In this document: one piece after another, positions 38,401 through 49,711 of the stretch
Position numbering within the stretch: the first letter of the stretch is position 1
How the letters are laid out: every line of letters begins with the position of its first letter
Source: Batkoa obscura
Lineage: Eukaryota
Assembly (NCBI GenBank): GCA_030770535.1
Contig: JASVEC010000002.1
Coordinates: forward strand, 1,612,001 to 1,676,000
Direction of reading: 5' to 3'
DNA: 64,000 nucleotides
Made by a program: the position numbers and the translations under genes
The notes under the pieces: generated by a model
The model's database searches: none
Told to the model about the DNA's origin: nothing
The model's input: only the letters and a program-made list of their open reading frames with translations

Positions 38401-41075
38401 CCCAATTCGATATTTTTGATCCACAAATTCAGTCGCTTATAAGTGATAGTAAAAAGAGACGCCTTAATTCTGAAGAAAAAGAAAGGCTTGGTGAGCTTAG
38501 GGAGCGTCGCGAAGCCTTAGAAAAAGAGTTAGAGACTCAGAAAAGACTATATGCTTTAACAACTAACCGAATCAATCGTGAGAAGGATAATTGGTTTGCT
38601 ACAGATGCGAACCCATCCGATATCATGGACCACATCATTACTTCCTGCCTAATTCCTCGCCTTGTATTTTCTGATTCTGATGCAGTTTATTGTGCAAAAT
38701 TTTTGTTCCTGTTACATTCATTTAATTTTAAGAGCTTTTCAATTACAATAATGGTTACTAAACTTTTAAAGTACTTCAAACAACTTTTATCTACTTGTAC
38801 CAAATCCGAAGGACGTTTCCTTGCTCTTTTCACCAAAGAATTATTTCAGTTTTTAAAGAATTGGTATTCTAAAGAGGAAGAATATAAAAAAGATATCATA
38901 GAAAAGAAGTGTTATGGGTTTGCTTTAAATTCTGGATTATTGGAAATCCCGAACATTGAAAATATTCAATCTGATTATCTTCCACATGATGAATATTGTA
39001 AACTTTATCACCAATGGGAAGCTAATCTATTTAATATATGTTGTTTTGGCCTAGATTCTGCTCAGTACCTTCAGACATTTAACACAGTTGAAATACTCGT
39101 AAAGCTAGACAATATCTTCCCACGTTCAAATACGCACATTGAAGGCTTAATCAGAAAAGCTGATGATGCAATTGCCAACGACTCCAACAGAGAATATACT
39201 TCTTTACTTATTACTTATCGTGGTATATTGCAATTCATGATTAGGGCAAAACAAAATAACGAAAATAGGCCACCTAACGGTGCAGATCCTAGAAGAGAAT
39301 CAACCACGCGAGTTAATAGGCCAAACAATACAGATCCATATTCTAGACAAAACCGTCCTTCTAATATTGGTTCAAGAACTACCACTTCAAGGGATGATGG
39401 CTCAAGAGCTAATCCCAGACCTGATAGAGGAAGTTCTAGAAATGACTATGATAGAAACACCAGAAGATCTCCTGCGCGCACCTCCAACTCAACCCGCCAT
39501 TCTAGTGGAAGGACTAGACCAACGTCCCGAGGTAGAGAAGATGAAGGCCTTTCATCAACCCAACGTAGGCCTGAAACATCCCCTGGTAATGGGCAATCTC
39601 GCTTGCAAACTGGTGAGCCAGGGCTTAAAGAACAACCTTATACTAAGCAAGAGGTGCAAGTCGATCAAAATCAAAGTCAAAGCACTCAAAATCGTGATGC
39701 TGGTTATGTACGTAATGATCAACCATCTCAACGATCTAGATCGGATGAATTTAAGGAGCATGTGAATAATGTTCCTCAATCTAATATTGAACCTAAATCC
39801 AATGCTCCAGCCCACAGCGGTCAACGTCGTCAACCACTAACCAACGCTAGGCCCTCGGTAGCTCAACAAGTTGACCAAAAGCCTTATCCTTCAAATAACA
39901 ATAAGAACCAAGCTCCAACATCTCAACAAAAAAGTCCAGAGCAAAGGCTTCAACCCCAATCCAATATAGACAAAGCTCCACCATCTCAATCTCAGCCTAA
40001 TAATCCTGGGCAAAGAAATCAACCTCCATTCAATGATAATAAAGTCTCAACTCCTCAACTCCAATCTAATAACTCTAATCAAAATCATCAAGTCTCATCT
40101 AGTAACAATAGACCTGCCCCACCCCAATCTTATCCAAGCAACTCTGGTTCACTTGGACAAAGGAACCAACCTCTACAGAATGAAAACAGAAACCCTCCCC
40201 TCTCTCAATCACGTTCTAATAACAGATATGATAAATTAGGAGATAGACTATCAGGTCCTCAGAAGCATCAATCTAATGACGTACAGGGACCACAAAGAGC
40301 ATCTGGGTCAATGAATACAAGCACTAATAGCCAAGGTCGTGTTGTAGCTAATAACAATCCAGGCAGTTATGCTAATGAAAGAGTCCATTCATCCCAGGGA
40401 AATGAACACCAACAAATGCCTGTAAGAGGTACTCGTAGTATTGTAGCTAATACCAATGAACAACGTGATCATCGTGATTATCCCGATCAGCGCAATCAAC
40501 GCCAAGATAACAGGCAGGAGTTGTTCAACTCAACGAATCAACACAATCAACGTCAAGATCCATCTAATAATTCAACAAACCAAGGAATGCGCTCAAGTAA
40601 TCCTCAAGTAAGAAGCCCTAAGCGCCAGCGTGGGGATAATATGGGAGGTTATCAAAACAATGAGGGAAATTTCCGTAATACAAAAGGGAAATTTAACAAC
40701 GAACAAGATGATTATGACAATCACTATAAACAGGGTCAATATAAAGACCACTATCCCCATATGGATCAAAACAACTTTGACAGAAATCGTCGACACGATA
40801 ATTTCAATCGTTCTAGGAACTTAATGAATGCTCATTTACGTGATTCACGTGGCAATTTTGGGAATCAGCATAGAGATGGTTTCCAAGGGCAAAATCAACG
40901 TAGAGATCAAAATCAACGCAGAGATGATGATTACCAAGGTCAGCGCAGAGATGGTGATGATGACTTTCAGGGCCAAAATCAACGCAGAGATCAAAATCAA
41001 CGTAGAGATAATGATGACTTTCAAGGGCAACCACCTCGTGGTAATTATTATTCAGGCTCTCGCTCTCGCCGTTAA
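35490..41075 (+). CDS. THO2: THO complex subunit 2 (mRNA export), intronless, with long disordered Q/N/R/D-rich tail
   Basis: NTAQLYKQVKFNLLHESSLGYS, RLKDD...W, FYATFWQLRLYDI, CLIPRLVFSDSDAVYCAKF are Tho2/THOC2 hallmark motifs. Confidence 0.92.
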   Translation: MEFPNALLSINVAEMNSESIYQIVREIKTENMVIVLVFFILSFINNPFEFQLIELAIQHLRDQANNFDEIMGDALFTVENQVESEEHVALFYKFILGLLTHGYISEDALGERLDFKTLKSLKLIRDDGNLNKRLVRYNTAQLYKQVKFNLLHESSLGYSALFNVIFCAFMDKTPIEVVHRDIAHLVGVHALDPAHVIDIVISVFAQCLEDNYEYFLFLLSNSPWFNNDRELGIKTFTDIIAFKLANLLVLGNVSESDCIRYYHVAALLIKCGLVDLEVLYCRLSPSDEKWQEIYKECLYDMKTQKHKLAQGVMASLDETSSNEDEDTKKEEETEIEVEPPNQKLGLLRALLSIGALNGSQWVICTEPTFLAADPISCKLLCRVINRMIDSAGEVHNPSFCPGKLVGLSGPSKNAPTIDKMEVALDPLTCQINHEFYCKNWDNEIVKLGITFDKFDHVFHWLHYLGPNINDSLLYNKLASMAKKPLEDNINRLTDTPWYQVLMKTLLPGLQFVGMNIGIFGVLWETVRKLPTGLRYGIYGLWADKSFSTAEFKAKRNSIRIQSNQLITRITDQNSEDFARYFKELIYKDPIVAIHKVLLDVMIYNRLSPYLDTFQFIADFIPDVFVFTFLNFLSDPEAGDLQESSRLKDDCINTGDWLRNLADFVTLISRKTKVFRLDILFTYIIDQLHAGNGFDLAFLSALLHKMGGVDSTENVSDVYFLSGGKNLRTEAFPQGASIKASSSSASRLYESLIDSKSLPILLVLLCQHLQSVIYDNKCTPYLEEREINGKNLVPGLKDSFIAKYHGGLSFTKVRASHYTSVQDILHRLTDFLYIQLDPKIKDPFILPSLDQLVHNYKLSPTLAFNIIRPLLSCGVYNEYISESRTSNINNEIEQNETVEGKEQLDQNSTVNLGQENSETPNKIWLNSIKPIFTQIENFINKPVLSIINVGFYATFWQLRLYDINIPFVQYQAQFDIFDPQIQSLISDSKKRRLNSEEKERLGELRERREALEKELETQKRLYALTTNRINREKDNWFATDANPSDIMDHIITSCLIPRLVFSDSDAVYCAKFLFLLHSFNFKSFSITIMVTKLLKYFKQLLSTCTKSEGRFLALFTKELFQFLKNWYSKEEEYKKDIIEKKCYGFALNSGLLEIPNIENIQSDYLPHDEYCKLYHQWEANLFNICCFGLDSAQYLQTFNTVEILVKLDNIFPRSNTHIEGLIRKADDAIANDSNREYTSLLITYRGILQFMIRAKQNNENRPPNGADPRRESTTRVNRPNNTDPYSRQNRPSNIGSRTTTSRDDGSRANPRPDRGSSRNDYDRNTRRSPARTSNSTRHSSGRTRPTSRGREDEGLSSTQRRPETSPGNGQSRLQTGEPGLKEQPYTKQEVQVDQNQSQSTQNRDAGYVRNDQPSQRSRSDEFKEHVNNVPQSNIEPKSNAPAHSGQRRQPLTNARPSVAQQVDQKPYPSNNNKNQAPTSQQKSPEQRLQPQSNIDKAPPSQSQPNNPGQRNQPPFNDNKVSTPQLQSNNSNQNHQVSSSNNRPAPPQSYPSNSGSLGQRNQPLQNENRNPPLSQSRSNNRYDKLGDRLSGPQKHQSNDVQGPQRASGSMNTSTNSQGRVVANNNPGSYANERVHSSQGNEHQQMPVRGTRSIVANTNEQRDHRDYPDQRNQRQDNRQELFNSTNQHNQRQDPSNNSTNQGMRSSNPQVRSPKRQRGDNMGGYQNNEGNFRNTKGKFNNEQDDYDNHYKQGQYKDHYPHMDQNNFDRNRRHDNFNRSRNLMNAHLRDSRGNFGNQHRDGFQGQNQRRDQNQRRDDDYQGQRRDGDDDFQGQNQRRDQNQRRDNDDFQGQPPRGNYYSGSRSRR

Positions 41076-41321
41076 AAGCCTTTAAGTATGTTTGGTTCAT
41101 TTTTAAATTCAAAGTTTATTACTCAATAGTTTTATAGAGTTGGGTATAAATATATGGCGTTGATTATAATAATATTTCCTATCAAACATGAACTTTATTT
41201 TCTCAATAAATTTATAATATTTGAAATAAGTTTCTTGTGTCGTTTATTTGAATAAGTCTAAAATAAATTATAAAATTATGAAGATGGGAGTAAATTTAAA
41301 AATGGTTTAGGATTAAAATAT

Positions 41322-41419
41322 GGGGATGTATTTATTATTTGAGAGCTTTACTAATAATTTTTCCGCTTAAATAGCGCTTAAAAGATGGAAAAAGTAATGA
41401 AATCAAAAAAAATATCCTC
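41322..41419 (+). mobile_element. MITE family 1 copy (a more diverged relative may lie at ~41463-41565)
   Basis: ATAT-GGGGATGTA...TATCCTC-ATAT. Confidence 0.85.
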
Positions 41420-41713
41420 ATATATATAATCTTTAAATTTATTTAGGTTTAAGTTTGTAAAGTTATGTGAGTATTTTTTTATCCCATTATTTTATCTGCT
41501 TTTTATACTATGAAAATAATGGGAAATTATTAACTAAACGTTAAAGTAAAAAAGTATCCCAATATGAGGGGTACTATAAAAATAAACAAAACAGCATTTT
41601 TAAAATAAGTAAAAGCGGGAAAAGGTGAGTTTTGGGTTTAAACTGTCTCACGTTAAAAGTAGATTTACTAAATTTAATATCAAATAGTTAATTAATTTAT
41701 ATATATTGTTCAA

Positions 41714-42970
41714 TTAAGAATGTTTCGATCTACTCTCTTTAATAAGCTCTCTTTCAGGTTTTGTTTTGAAAGCAAGCGAAACAAAGTTAGGCACTTTATT
41801 AAGCAGATCTATATAATAATTTTGTAAAGCTTCATTTTGTCTCACTCTAGTCAAATTAAGTTTGTTCATTTGGGCCCATTTAACTGGCATTGGATTTCTT
41901 TTAACAACTTTATAAGGCCTCAAGCCTTTAGGTGTAATTGTGCTAACATTACTAGTTACTGGTCCAACTTGATTTGAAAGCTTCGAAATTAATTGTGGTA
42001 ATGTCAATTGCGAATTGACTCCATTTAAAATCGGATTATTATCAATCAGACTTTCTATCACGTTCGTGACGGCTGGTACTGGGTCATAAGACCTTCTCTG
42101 TACATTTTGTTTTAACGTAGTTGGATAAGAAGGATAGGTATAACAATATATATCTTTAGTGGTATTTAAGGTGCTGTTCACGTCATACTTCCAAGTAATC
42201 AATGGGTCATTGAGCCCTACTTTAGTTTGATAAACGTCCCCATCGTATTGCAGCGACTTTGGATTTCTACGCTGCCAATTATACCACAAAAGATCCATAA
42301 ACGAATGATGTAAATAAAACAATGGATCGTTTGGTGATATCATCTGAGTAAAATCCATCCCACCACCAATATTATTATGAGGATCGGCATGTACCTGCTC
42401 CACATTATCTTCAAAATCAGAAAACTTTTTTAGGTTCAAGAAAGGGTTAATCACTTCTGGAATTGCAAATTTACTTATTTTGGAACCTAAATCATAGCTT
42501 CTTTGCAAGCAATGATCTGTATCGTATTTTAAAGTCATATAAGCAAACTCGCCATCTTGTACGCAGTAAGTGTTATTGCTATTACCATTGCTACCAAAAT
42601 ACCAATCCGAAAGCACTAGAGAGTCTTGTGGTGCTTGGGCATCGATAGACCAATCCCAATAAGGTAGCATAACCGAACTGTCAATCTTTTGTAGCTCCAT
42701 TTCATATAGTCGGATAAAGTGACGATGCCAGGGTAAGAATCTAGGTACTGAGTGGGAGATCTCATGGTTTTCATTATGTACTTTGGTAAATTGTTCATGA
42801 ATTGATAAGTTAGTATTGCTGTATTGTGTGTTATGTAAAGACCTTACAGCATCGGTGAATCTATATAATTCATCCGAGGTGAGGTCACGGATTTCTTTAC
42901 GTTCTCGCGGAGAGGTACACGTTTGCGTGTAAACAACGGCAATAAATAAAGGGAGGTATAGCAATTTCAT
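41714..42970 (-). CDS. Secreted tyrosinase (type-3 copper protein)
   Basis: Signal peptide; RKEIR; CuA region H...H..PRFLPWHR; LPYWDW; CuB region HADPHNNIGG...SPNDPLFYLHHSFMD. Confidence 0.93.
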   Translation of the reverse strand: MKLLYLPLFIAVVYTQTCTSPRERKEIRDLTSDELYRFTDAVRSLHNTQYSNTNLSIHEQFTKVHNENHEISHSVPRFLPWHRHFIRLYEMELQKIDSSVMLPYWDWSIDAQAPQDSLVLSDWYFGSNGNSNNTYCVQDGEFAYMTLKYDTDHCLQRSYDLGSKISKFAIPEVINPFLNLKKFSDFEDNVEQVHADPHNNIGGGMDFTQMISPNDPLFYLHHSFMDLLWYNWQRRNPKSLQYDGDVYQTKVGLNDPLITWKYDVNSTLNTTKDIYCYTYPSYPTTLKQNVQRRSYDPVPAVTNVIESLIDNNPILNGVNSQLTLPQLISKLSNQVGPVTSNVSTITPKGLRPYKVVKRNPMPVKWAQMNKLNLTRVRQNEALQNYYIDLLNKVPNFVSLAFKTKPERELIKESRSKHS

Positions 42971-43344
42971 TCAAATAATTAGTCTTTCAATGCTAAGGGT
43001 TTTTTGATGTATTTATATTAAATTTGGATTTGCTTTAATAAAATATGTCTTCTCTACTTTTAGTAGATTTATTAAGCAAGTCAGCCCATTTCTTCAAATC
43101 TCTAAAAATAATTAAGCCTTAAATAGTAAGGCGTTTATCTTTCTCTTTACTATTTTGCTGCAAAAGCCTCAATCTCATCGCTGTGTTTAAATTAGCATTC
43201 TAATAAAGCTTTATTTTTATTTAGAAAATTCCCAATTACCGCTAAAACTTAATTAATGGAAATGAAAGATTTAGATAACATTTTAATTATATTAAATTTT
43301 AAAATTTATGATTTAATGGTGTAGATTTCGTTTAATAAACTATA

Positions 43345-43515
43345 TATAGCTGTTGCAGCTCTTTTATGACTTTTTTAGTGGTAGTTTTCAAAACCAAATT
43401 ATATTTATGACCAATTTTTTTAAAACTTGATCCTCACAGTTTACCTGAATTTTGATACAATTTATTTTCTTAAACGAACAGCTAATTAAGCCTAAAAAGA
43501 GTTACAGCAGTTGTA
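43345..43515 (+). mobile_element. MITE family 2 copy
   Basis: TATAGCTGTTGCAGCTCT...AGAGTTACAGCAGTTGTA. Confidence 0.72.
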
Positions 43516-45413
43516 TCAAAGCCATTTAATAAATTTTCGCACAGGTACTGATGTTATGATAATATTATTTTATCAGATAACGAATTCACAAATGATCCAA
43601 CAAAAAACATCTATTGTAAATTAATGCAGTGTTCTTGTTAAAAATAGTAAAAACCACTTCATAGAATAAATAAAAGCTATCTTGCCTTGCTAAAAATAGA
43701 GTTCTATTGTCTTATTTTATAATTAACTTGTATTGCTTAATCTGGCTAAATTTTAAGAAATTATTTTTTACTTTTTTTGATAGCCATATGAGCATTGAGC
43801 CTACGTCGAAGCAGAAATAGGCTTGCATCCCTTTGAAAATAAGGATTTATATATACTGTTAAAATATCAACATTGATGGCGTTGTAATTGATATTTTTAA
43901 TACTATATTATATTAAATATCGTACTTGATCTATCTATGATGTCAGTCTAAGTAAGCTACAAAATACTTAATAAAACTACCGTTTAAAAAATTGGCATAA
44001 TACATAATCGTTTTAAACTTCGTAAACTTTTACAACAAATTTAGACTCTATTATAAAGTTATTGAACAGTTTAAATTTCATTTTATTTTTAAACATTCTA
44101 GGTATAATTATATAGATATTTTTGGAATTATTTGTCAAACCTGTTTGAAAAGATTTAATCTTTTAGATGTCTCCTAATTCGTTTTCATTCGTTCCAAAGT
44201 AAATGATATTTTAACTAAAAAGTCGAATCACTCATACCTTAAGATACCTTTTGCGCGTTGTATAAATTGTGTCGTTACTAAGAGTTTTTAATCATAGTAA
44301 TGCCAACGTTTGTATTTTTATTAATAAATGATATCGTGTCCTCTTATTCTTAGCAACTATTAGTAACAAAGTTTAGACTTAAGTAAGCAAAGTTAGCTCT
44401 TTAAAAAAGATAATAAAATAAATTGCATAAAAACACTTATTTTTACTTATCTATTAGCTTCAGATGTATTTATATTAGCTGCTGCCCATTCCATAATTAA
44501 TATGATTTTAAAGTCTATAGTTACTATGCTATTGCTTATTCATGCTCATCTATCCCAGCTTAGTAATTGAAATAATTTTAGGGTGGTTGTAAATGACCAA
44601 GTATAAAACTCTAGTAAAAGTTAAAGCAACTTTTTACAGTTTTAACTAACATTTAAACCTACCAAAATTTGTAACTGAGTTAAAATTAAAATTAAAAATT
44701 AGAATGACTTTTCATCATTTCGCATTGTTTTGGGGGAATATTTTTGAAATTTATTCTTTTTCAAAAAAGATATCTTTTATTAACATTTATGCTTATTTCC
44801 TTTGTTGTAATGAATTAAATTCGGAAAAATGTTGAACCTTGGGCCCTAAATATAAACAAGTTGTTATACTTTATAATGTTATTTAAATCACACTTTTATT
44901 TCAAAAAGACTTTGATATAACAAAAATATTAAAAAATTCGTTGAGCTTTGTTAGTATCTTTTTCTTTTTTAATCTCAGCATCTTTAATAATAATGAAGTA
45001 ATAATATTCTTAGCAATTCGCTTACTTTACTTTGTTAATTGTTATTTATTACTACTTTAGGTATATATATAAAATTAAAGTGATCTCAGATTTAGCACAG
45101 GACCTATAAAGAAATGTCGACTGCTTACTACAGCTAAATCAGAGGATTTGAATGTCAAAGAATATTATAAAAGTTTAGATACTAATTATTTCAAATTTAT
45201 TGTATTATGGATACTAGTCAACAGGACCCATTTTTTATAACTTAACAGATATTTGATTATGACTTTATACAAATATTCATGTTCGCAATCTTCTGCTTAA
45301 TAAATTGAGTTAAAATCCTAAACAAAAACACTAGCTTAAGTATGCATATTCATATTCATATTAATTAATTTACTACTATTTCAAAAATTAATAAGATCAT
45401 AACTAAGTTAATA

Positions 45414-45920
45414 TTACACACCACGAAGTAGCAAGAATCCTAAAGTAGAGAATATAAGGATGTGAAGCTCCTTTGGGATATTAAAAAATAGTTTGAAATC
45501 CCCATTTTCGCGAGAAAAAGTGCCAATGGTTGCTTCTGGTTTTAAGGAGCAATTTAAGATCCATTTATCTGTATAAAATGTCCAATAATAATATATGGCA
45601 GCTTCATGACTTGGACAGATAATAATTTCAGCATGATAACCTTCATTGCTTTTTAGTTTCAATTGGAATTTTAAATCAGAAAGCTTACTAGCTGGGTCTA
45701 CTAAACTTATTTTAAACTCGTTTTTTGCGAAGAAATGTGCTTTAGTTATTTTTGCTAATGGTAAATTATTCGCAGATAATAAAAGAGTGCATTTATTATT
45801 AATCAGTATGGATTTGTATTGGTGATTCAAAGTGGAGTCATCAGTTACTAAAGATATATTATAATTTTTTAATTGATTATTTGGATCTTTTTCAAATTTA
45901 TATTTTATTAAACTTTCCAT
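45414..45920 (-). CDS. Hypothetical 168-aa protein, paralog of 52282-52794
   Basis: Shares LPLAKI, LSDLK, Y.AEI.I, YYWT and KEL..L..TL.FLL.R with 52282-52794. Confidence 0.75.
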   Translation of the reverse strand: MESLIKYKFEKDPNNQLKNYNISLVTDDSTLNHQYKSILINNKCTLLLSANNLPLAKITKAHFFAKNEFKISLVDPASKLSDLKFQLKLKSNEGYHAEIIICPSHEAAIYYYWTFYTDKWILNCSLKPEATIGTFSRENGDFKLFFNIPKELHILIFSTLGFLLLRGV

Positions 45921-47432
45921 GCTTAACTACTATTTTGTTAGAGTGCTTCTTGATATTTATTGTATATATACTATATCCTTTTCCTACTCTATTTAAGCTT
46001 GATTACTTGGCACTTACCTAGATTGATATTTTGTTCCAGAGCAACAATTATAAAAACTCGGAAAGAAATTGGAACCTCCAAAGTAGGTGACCTTTATAAG
46101 GTTGAAAATCAATTAAAAAATAAAGTATAAGCATAAATGTGATTTCATATATATATATATTATTACTCATATTTCAAATCCTTTAAAAAAGGTAGAAGAG
46201 TTTACCTTTTGGATTTGAGATCCTTTGAGTTTTATTCATAAAGTTATATTATGATTTACTACGTTTTAGTTTATAGCTATATCAATTTCTAATAATTTTA
46301 TTAGTCTTATGCGAATTCAAAGTTGCCGAACCTTGGCAGATAGAATGGTATAGTATAAAAACACACCAAAAGACACGTGACTACAGTATATGTAGTCAAG
46401 AGTAGTTTGTAATTGGTAACATATACCAATATCCTTGGCTATTCGTATTCGCGTAATAGTTAATAAAAGGTGGCATTGTGTAAAAAAAAAGATTGAATTT
46501 ATCTAAAACTAAGTAGCAATTATTTTACTATTAAACATAAGTAGTAAAGTAAGATATAAAAAATAATTTTATCTTATAGCTATTGCAAAGTTATTGACAA
46601 AATAAGTCTGTAAAACTTTTGACACTTAATATTATCATATAATATAAAGAGTTTAATAATTTTTGTATAAGATAAAATTCAGTTAAAAAAATATTTCTTA
46701 TGTTTCACATTAAACTAGCTTTTTATAGCATATATTGCTAGTCTTTCTTGTTTTTGACTATTATTCAATATCTCAAAAATTACTATGTAAATTTCAACTT
46801 AAATGATCCTACTTTGGTGCATAATGCCAAGGGTTTAGAAAAGATATAGAATATTTATACACAATATAGCCATTATCAGTATGTTCAATATAAAACTTAT
46901 AAAGCTGATATTCTACATACATGTTTATATAGTACTTTTAAACACAAATGAAAAAAAGTATTTAATTACTTTTTACTGAAAAACAACTGTTCAAGTTTAA
47001 CCATTTAATTTCTAGGATAAGTTGTGTCAGATTGTAAAAACTAAACTTGGATTTGTGTAAAATATAGTAGCAAGTAAATTTAATAACTTAATAGTATTCA
47101 TTTACTTGTATATTAATTTACTCCTTTACCTAAAATTATAAAAAGTATATATTCATAAAGTATAATCAGTTATAAAAAAACATTAGTCTTTGAAACCAAT
47201 AGCTTATTTGAACTTTTTCCTTTAGACTTAATCAAACTGCTTATTCTAGCTCAATAAAAACAAAATATAATTTAGTGTCGTAAAAAAAGTTCAATGATAA
47301 TCAAATTCAGATTACAAAAACCAAAATCTTGTCATGGTCATTATGCTATAGATTTATACAACTTTTTCTTTTACTTATCTTTCAAGCTATAAAATCAGAT
47401 CACAGACTTGTCTTTTGATTTATATAAGATAT

Positions 47433-47860
47433 AAGTATGTATTTTTTTGTTTAAGAATTTCACTAACAAGTTTTCCATTAAAATAGCGCTTAAAAGATGG
47501 AAAAAATAATGAAATCAAAAAAATATCACTATATTGTATATATGATATATTATAGGTCATGTCACTTTGAACTGTTTTGAAGAGCTTATTTACCTTAAAC
47601 AAATTCGTTTTTGTTATTAAGATTCACTATAAATATCATTAAACTTTTGCTTGAGGGAATAAATTTACCTTTAAATCTTTTACATCTTTATAATATACAG
47701 GTTTTTTAAACCTACCTGGCTTTCCCAAAAAAATACTTGAACAAATATATAAAAATAAGGAACAAAGGAGTGTTTGTTTGGCTTCATTACTTTTTCTATC
47801 TTTTAAGCGCTATTTTAGTGGAAGATTTGTTAGTGAAATTCTTAAATAAAATGTATCTCC
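47433..47860. mobile_element. Two MITE family 1 copies in inverted orientation (47433-47530 +, ~47766-47860 -)
   Basis: Conserved core AAATAGCGCTTAAAAGAT on opposite strands. Confidence 0.8.
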
Positions 47861-48033
47861 ATATCATATATATTTTGATAAAATTTTCCAATTATTTAAT
47901 TTTAAGTAGATATAATAGCTATCACTATAATAAATAATAAAACAAGTTACAAATTAAGGTTTATATAAATTTATTTTAATATAGAAAGTTAAAAACGGAG
48001 CTAGGGATCAAAGAAGCGTTAAAGTTTACGATT

Positions 48034-49711
48034 CTATAATTTAGAAGCCAAAAACTTAGGTGATGGTCTATCTGGAATAATAAAATCTAAAATAGCTTGG
48101 GCAATTAATGGATCCTTGGTAATATCATTGTGTCCACCAAAATTGTTAGCCAAATATTTAAGTTTATCAAATCCAAGGAAATTCAAATGTTTTGCAAAAT
48201 TTAAGCTATGGCCTGAATGAACTAAAGTATCATTAGTCGAGTGAATGATCAATGCTTTAGGTAAAGTAGTATAAGGTATCATCTTCAAGTGAGAGCTAGT
48301 AACATACTGTGGAGAAACAGATCTTAAATAATTTAATAATTTTTCATCGTTTGTAATCAAAGATTGAGAATTGTTGTTGACTTCATTATTTGGAGTTATA
48401 GAGTTGGAGTTATTTTGAGGATAACTCCATTGAAGTTTGGGCTCTTCTTGAGCTTTTGGTGAATATTGTGGTTTTGTATAAACAGATCTTGTGATGCTTG
48501 ATTGACCGTTTGTATTAGGACCAATAGTCATGGTTCTCTCGGTAATAGTAACATGAACATCTTTAGGTATAATATAATTATAAAATTGAGTTCCGTGACT
48601 GGGCTCTATTCTAATACTTTCAGAGTTGTTCAAATCAGTTCTATTTTCAGTATTTGAGGAATCTCTTTCCCCATTAATTGGACTTGGTACAATAAGTCTT
48701 TCCCCATTAATTGGACTTGGTACAATAAGTCTTTCTGTATTATGAGGGCTTACTACAATGAGCCTTTCTGTATTATGAGGGCTTGGTACAATGAGCCTTT
48801 CTGTATTATGAGGGCTTGGTACAATGAGCCTTTCTGTATTATGAGGGCTTGGTACAATGAGCCTTTCTGTATTATGAGGGCTTGGTACAATAAGCCTTTC
48901 TGGGTTACTTGAAGTATAAGGCGCTGATCCAGAAGTAAATTGCCCAATATCATTTTGGTTTAAGGAAACTTCATATTGAGAAACAAATGATTGATTTGCG
49001 TTTTGAGCCTGTATTGAATCGGCGTGAGAGAATTTGGTAATTCCGTTGTGATTAAAATAAACATTCTCCTTCGCAACTTGAGATAAATCAAAAGTTCCAG
49101 CTAAGGAAACTAACCCTTTTATTCTGGATATTAAAGTTGTTTCCTGATCTTTACTGCTTGAAAGCAATGGTAAATATGCACCAGAGTCCAAAGCTATTAT
49201 ACTAGCAAGAAGCGCACCAGATGAGTGACCGCCAATGTAAATTTCATTACTTGCAAATATACTATGAGTTAAAATATGTAAATAACCCTTTAAACAGTCT
49301 TCAATGTGATTTTTGAATTTAATATCACTATGGTTATTTGTGCGATAATTTACCCTAATTACATTAAGCCCCTCATCACTTAAACGTTGAATAAAATTTT
49401 CAAAATCAACATGACTAGCACTTAAATATGGGAAAGATTCAAACCAAATCAAAACAGGAGCTTTTGAATTGTACTTGCATGGATAAATATAATACTTACA
49501 TTCTTCGGATTCTTTTGAGTAAACAACCTCGAAGCCAGAAGAAGGTTTTGATGAGTCACTAAAGAGTTGATTAATTAATAAAGAAAAAAAATACTAAAAT
49601 AAATTACTTTAAAGGTTTTGATTCATAAACATTTACAGCACTATAAGGGCTTGAGGTGATAATATTCCCTCTAGTACTTTCTAAATCAGTCATATGAGTC
49701 CCAATTACCAT
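48034..49711 (-). CDS. Derived alpha/beta hydrolase (paralog C, ~542 aa, 2 exons) with large repeat insert and PTS1 (SKL)
   Basis: ATG 49711; phase-2 intron 49559-49607 restores an N-terminus (YSKESEECKYYIYP...APVLIWFES) homologous to paralogs A/B; GGHSSG, GTFDL, STNDTLV, GGHND, terminal SKL. Confidence 0.87.
48664..48900 (-). repeat. 33-bp coding tandem repeat x7 encoding ERLIV(P/V)SP(HNT/ING)
   Basis: Near-identical gggcttggtacaatgagcctttctgtattatga units on the + strand. Confidence 0.97.

Noticed and set aside
36512..41112. Multiple short ORFs overlapping THO2
   Set aside because: Antisense or off-frame shadows of a long, clearly conserved CDS.
48664..48900. 33-bp tandem repeat as a possible CRISPR array
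   Set aside because: Units are contiguous with no unique spacers, lie in frame within a eukaryotic CDS, and no cas genes are present.
48753..48953. 66-aa ORF with QKGSLYQALII repeats
   Set aside because: Alternative frame of the same 33-bp repeat inside hydrolase C.
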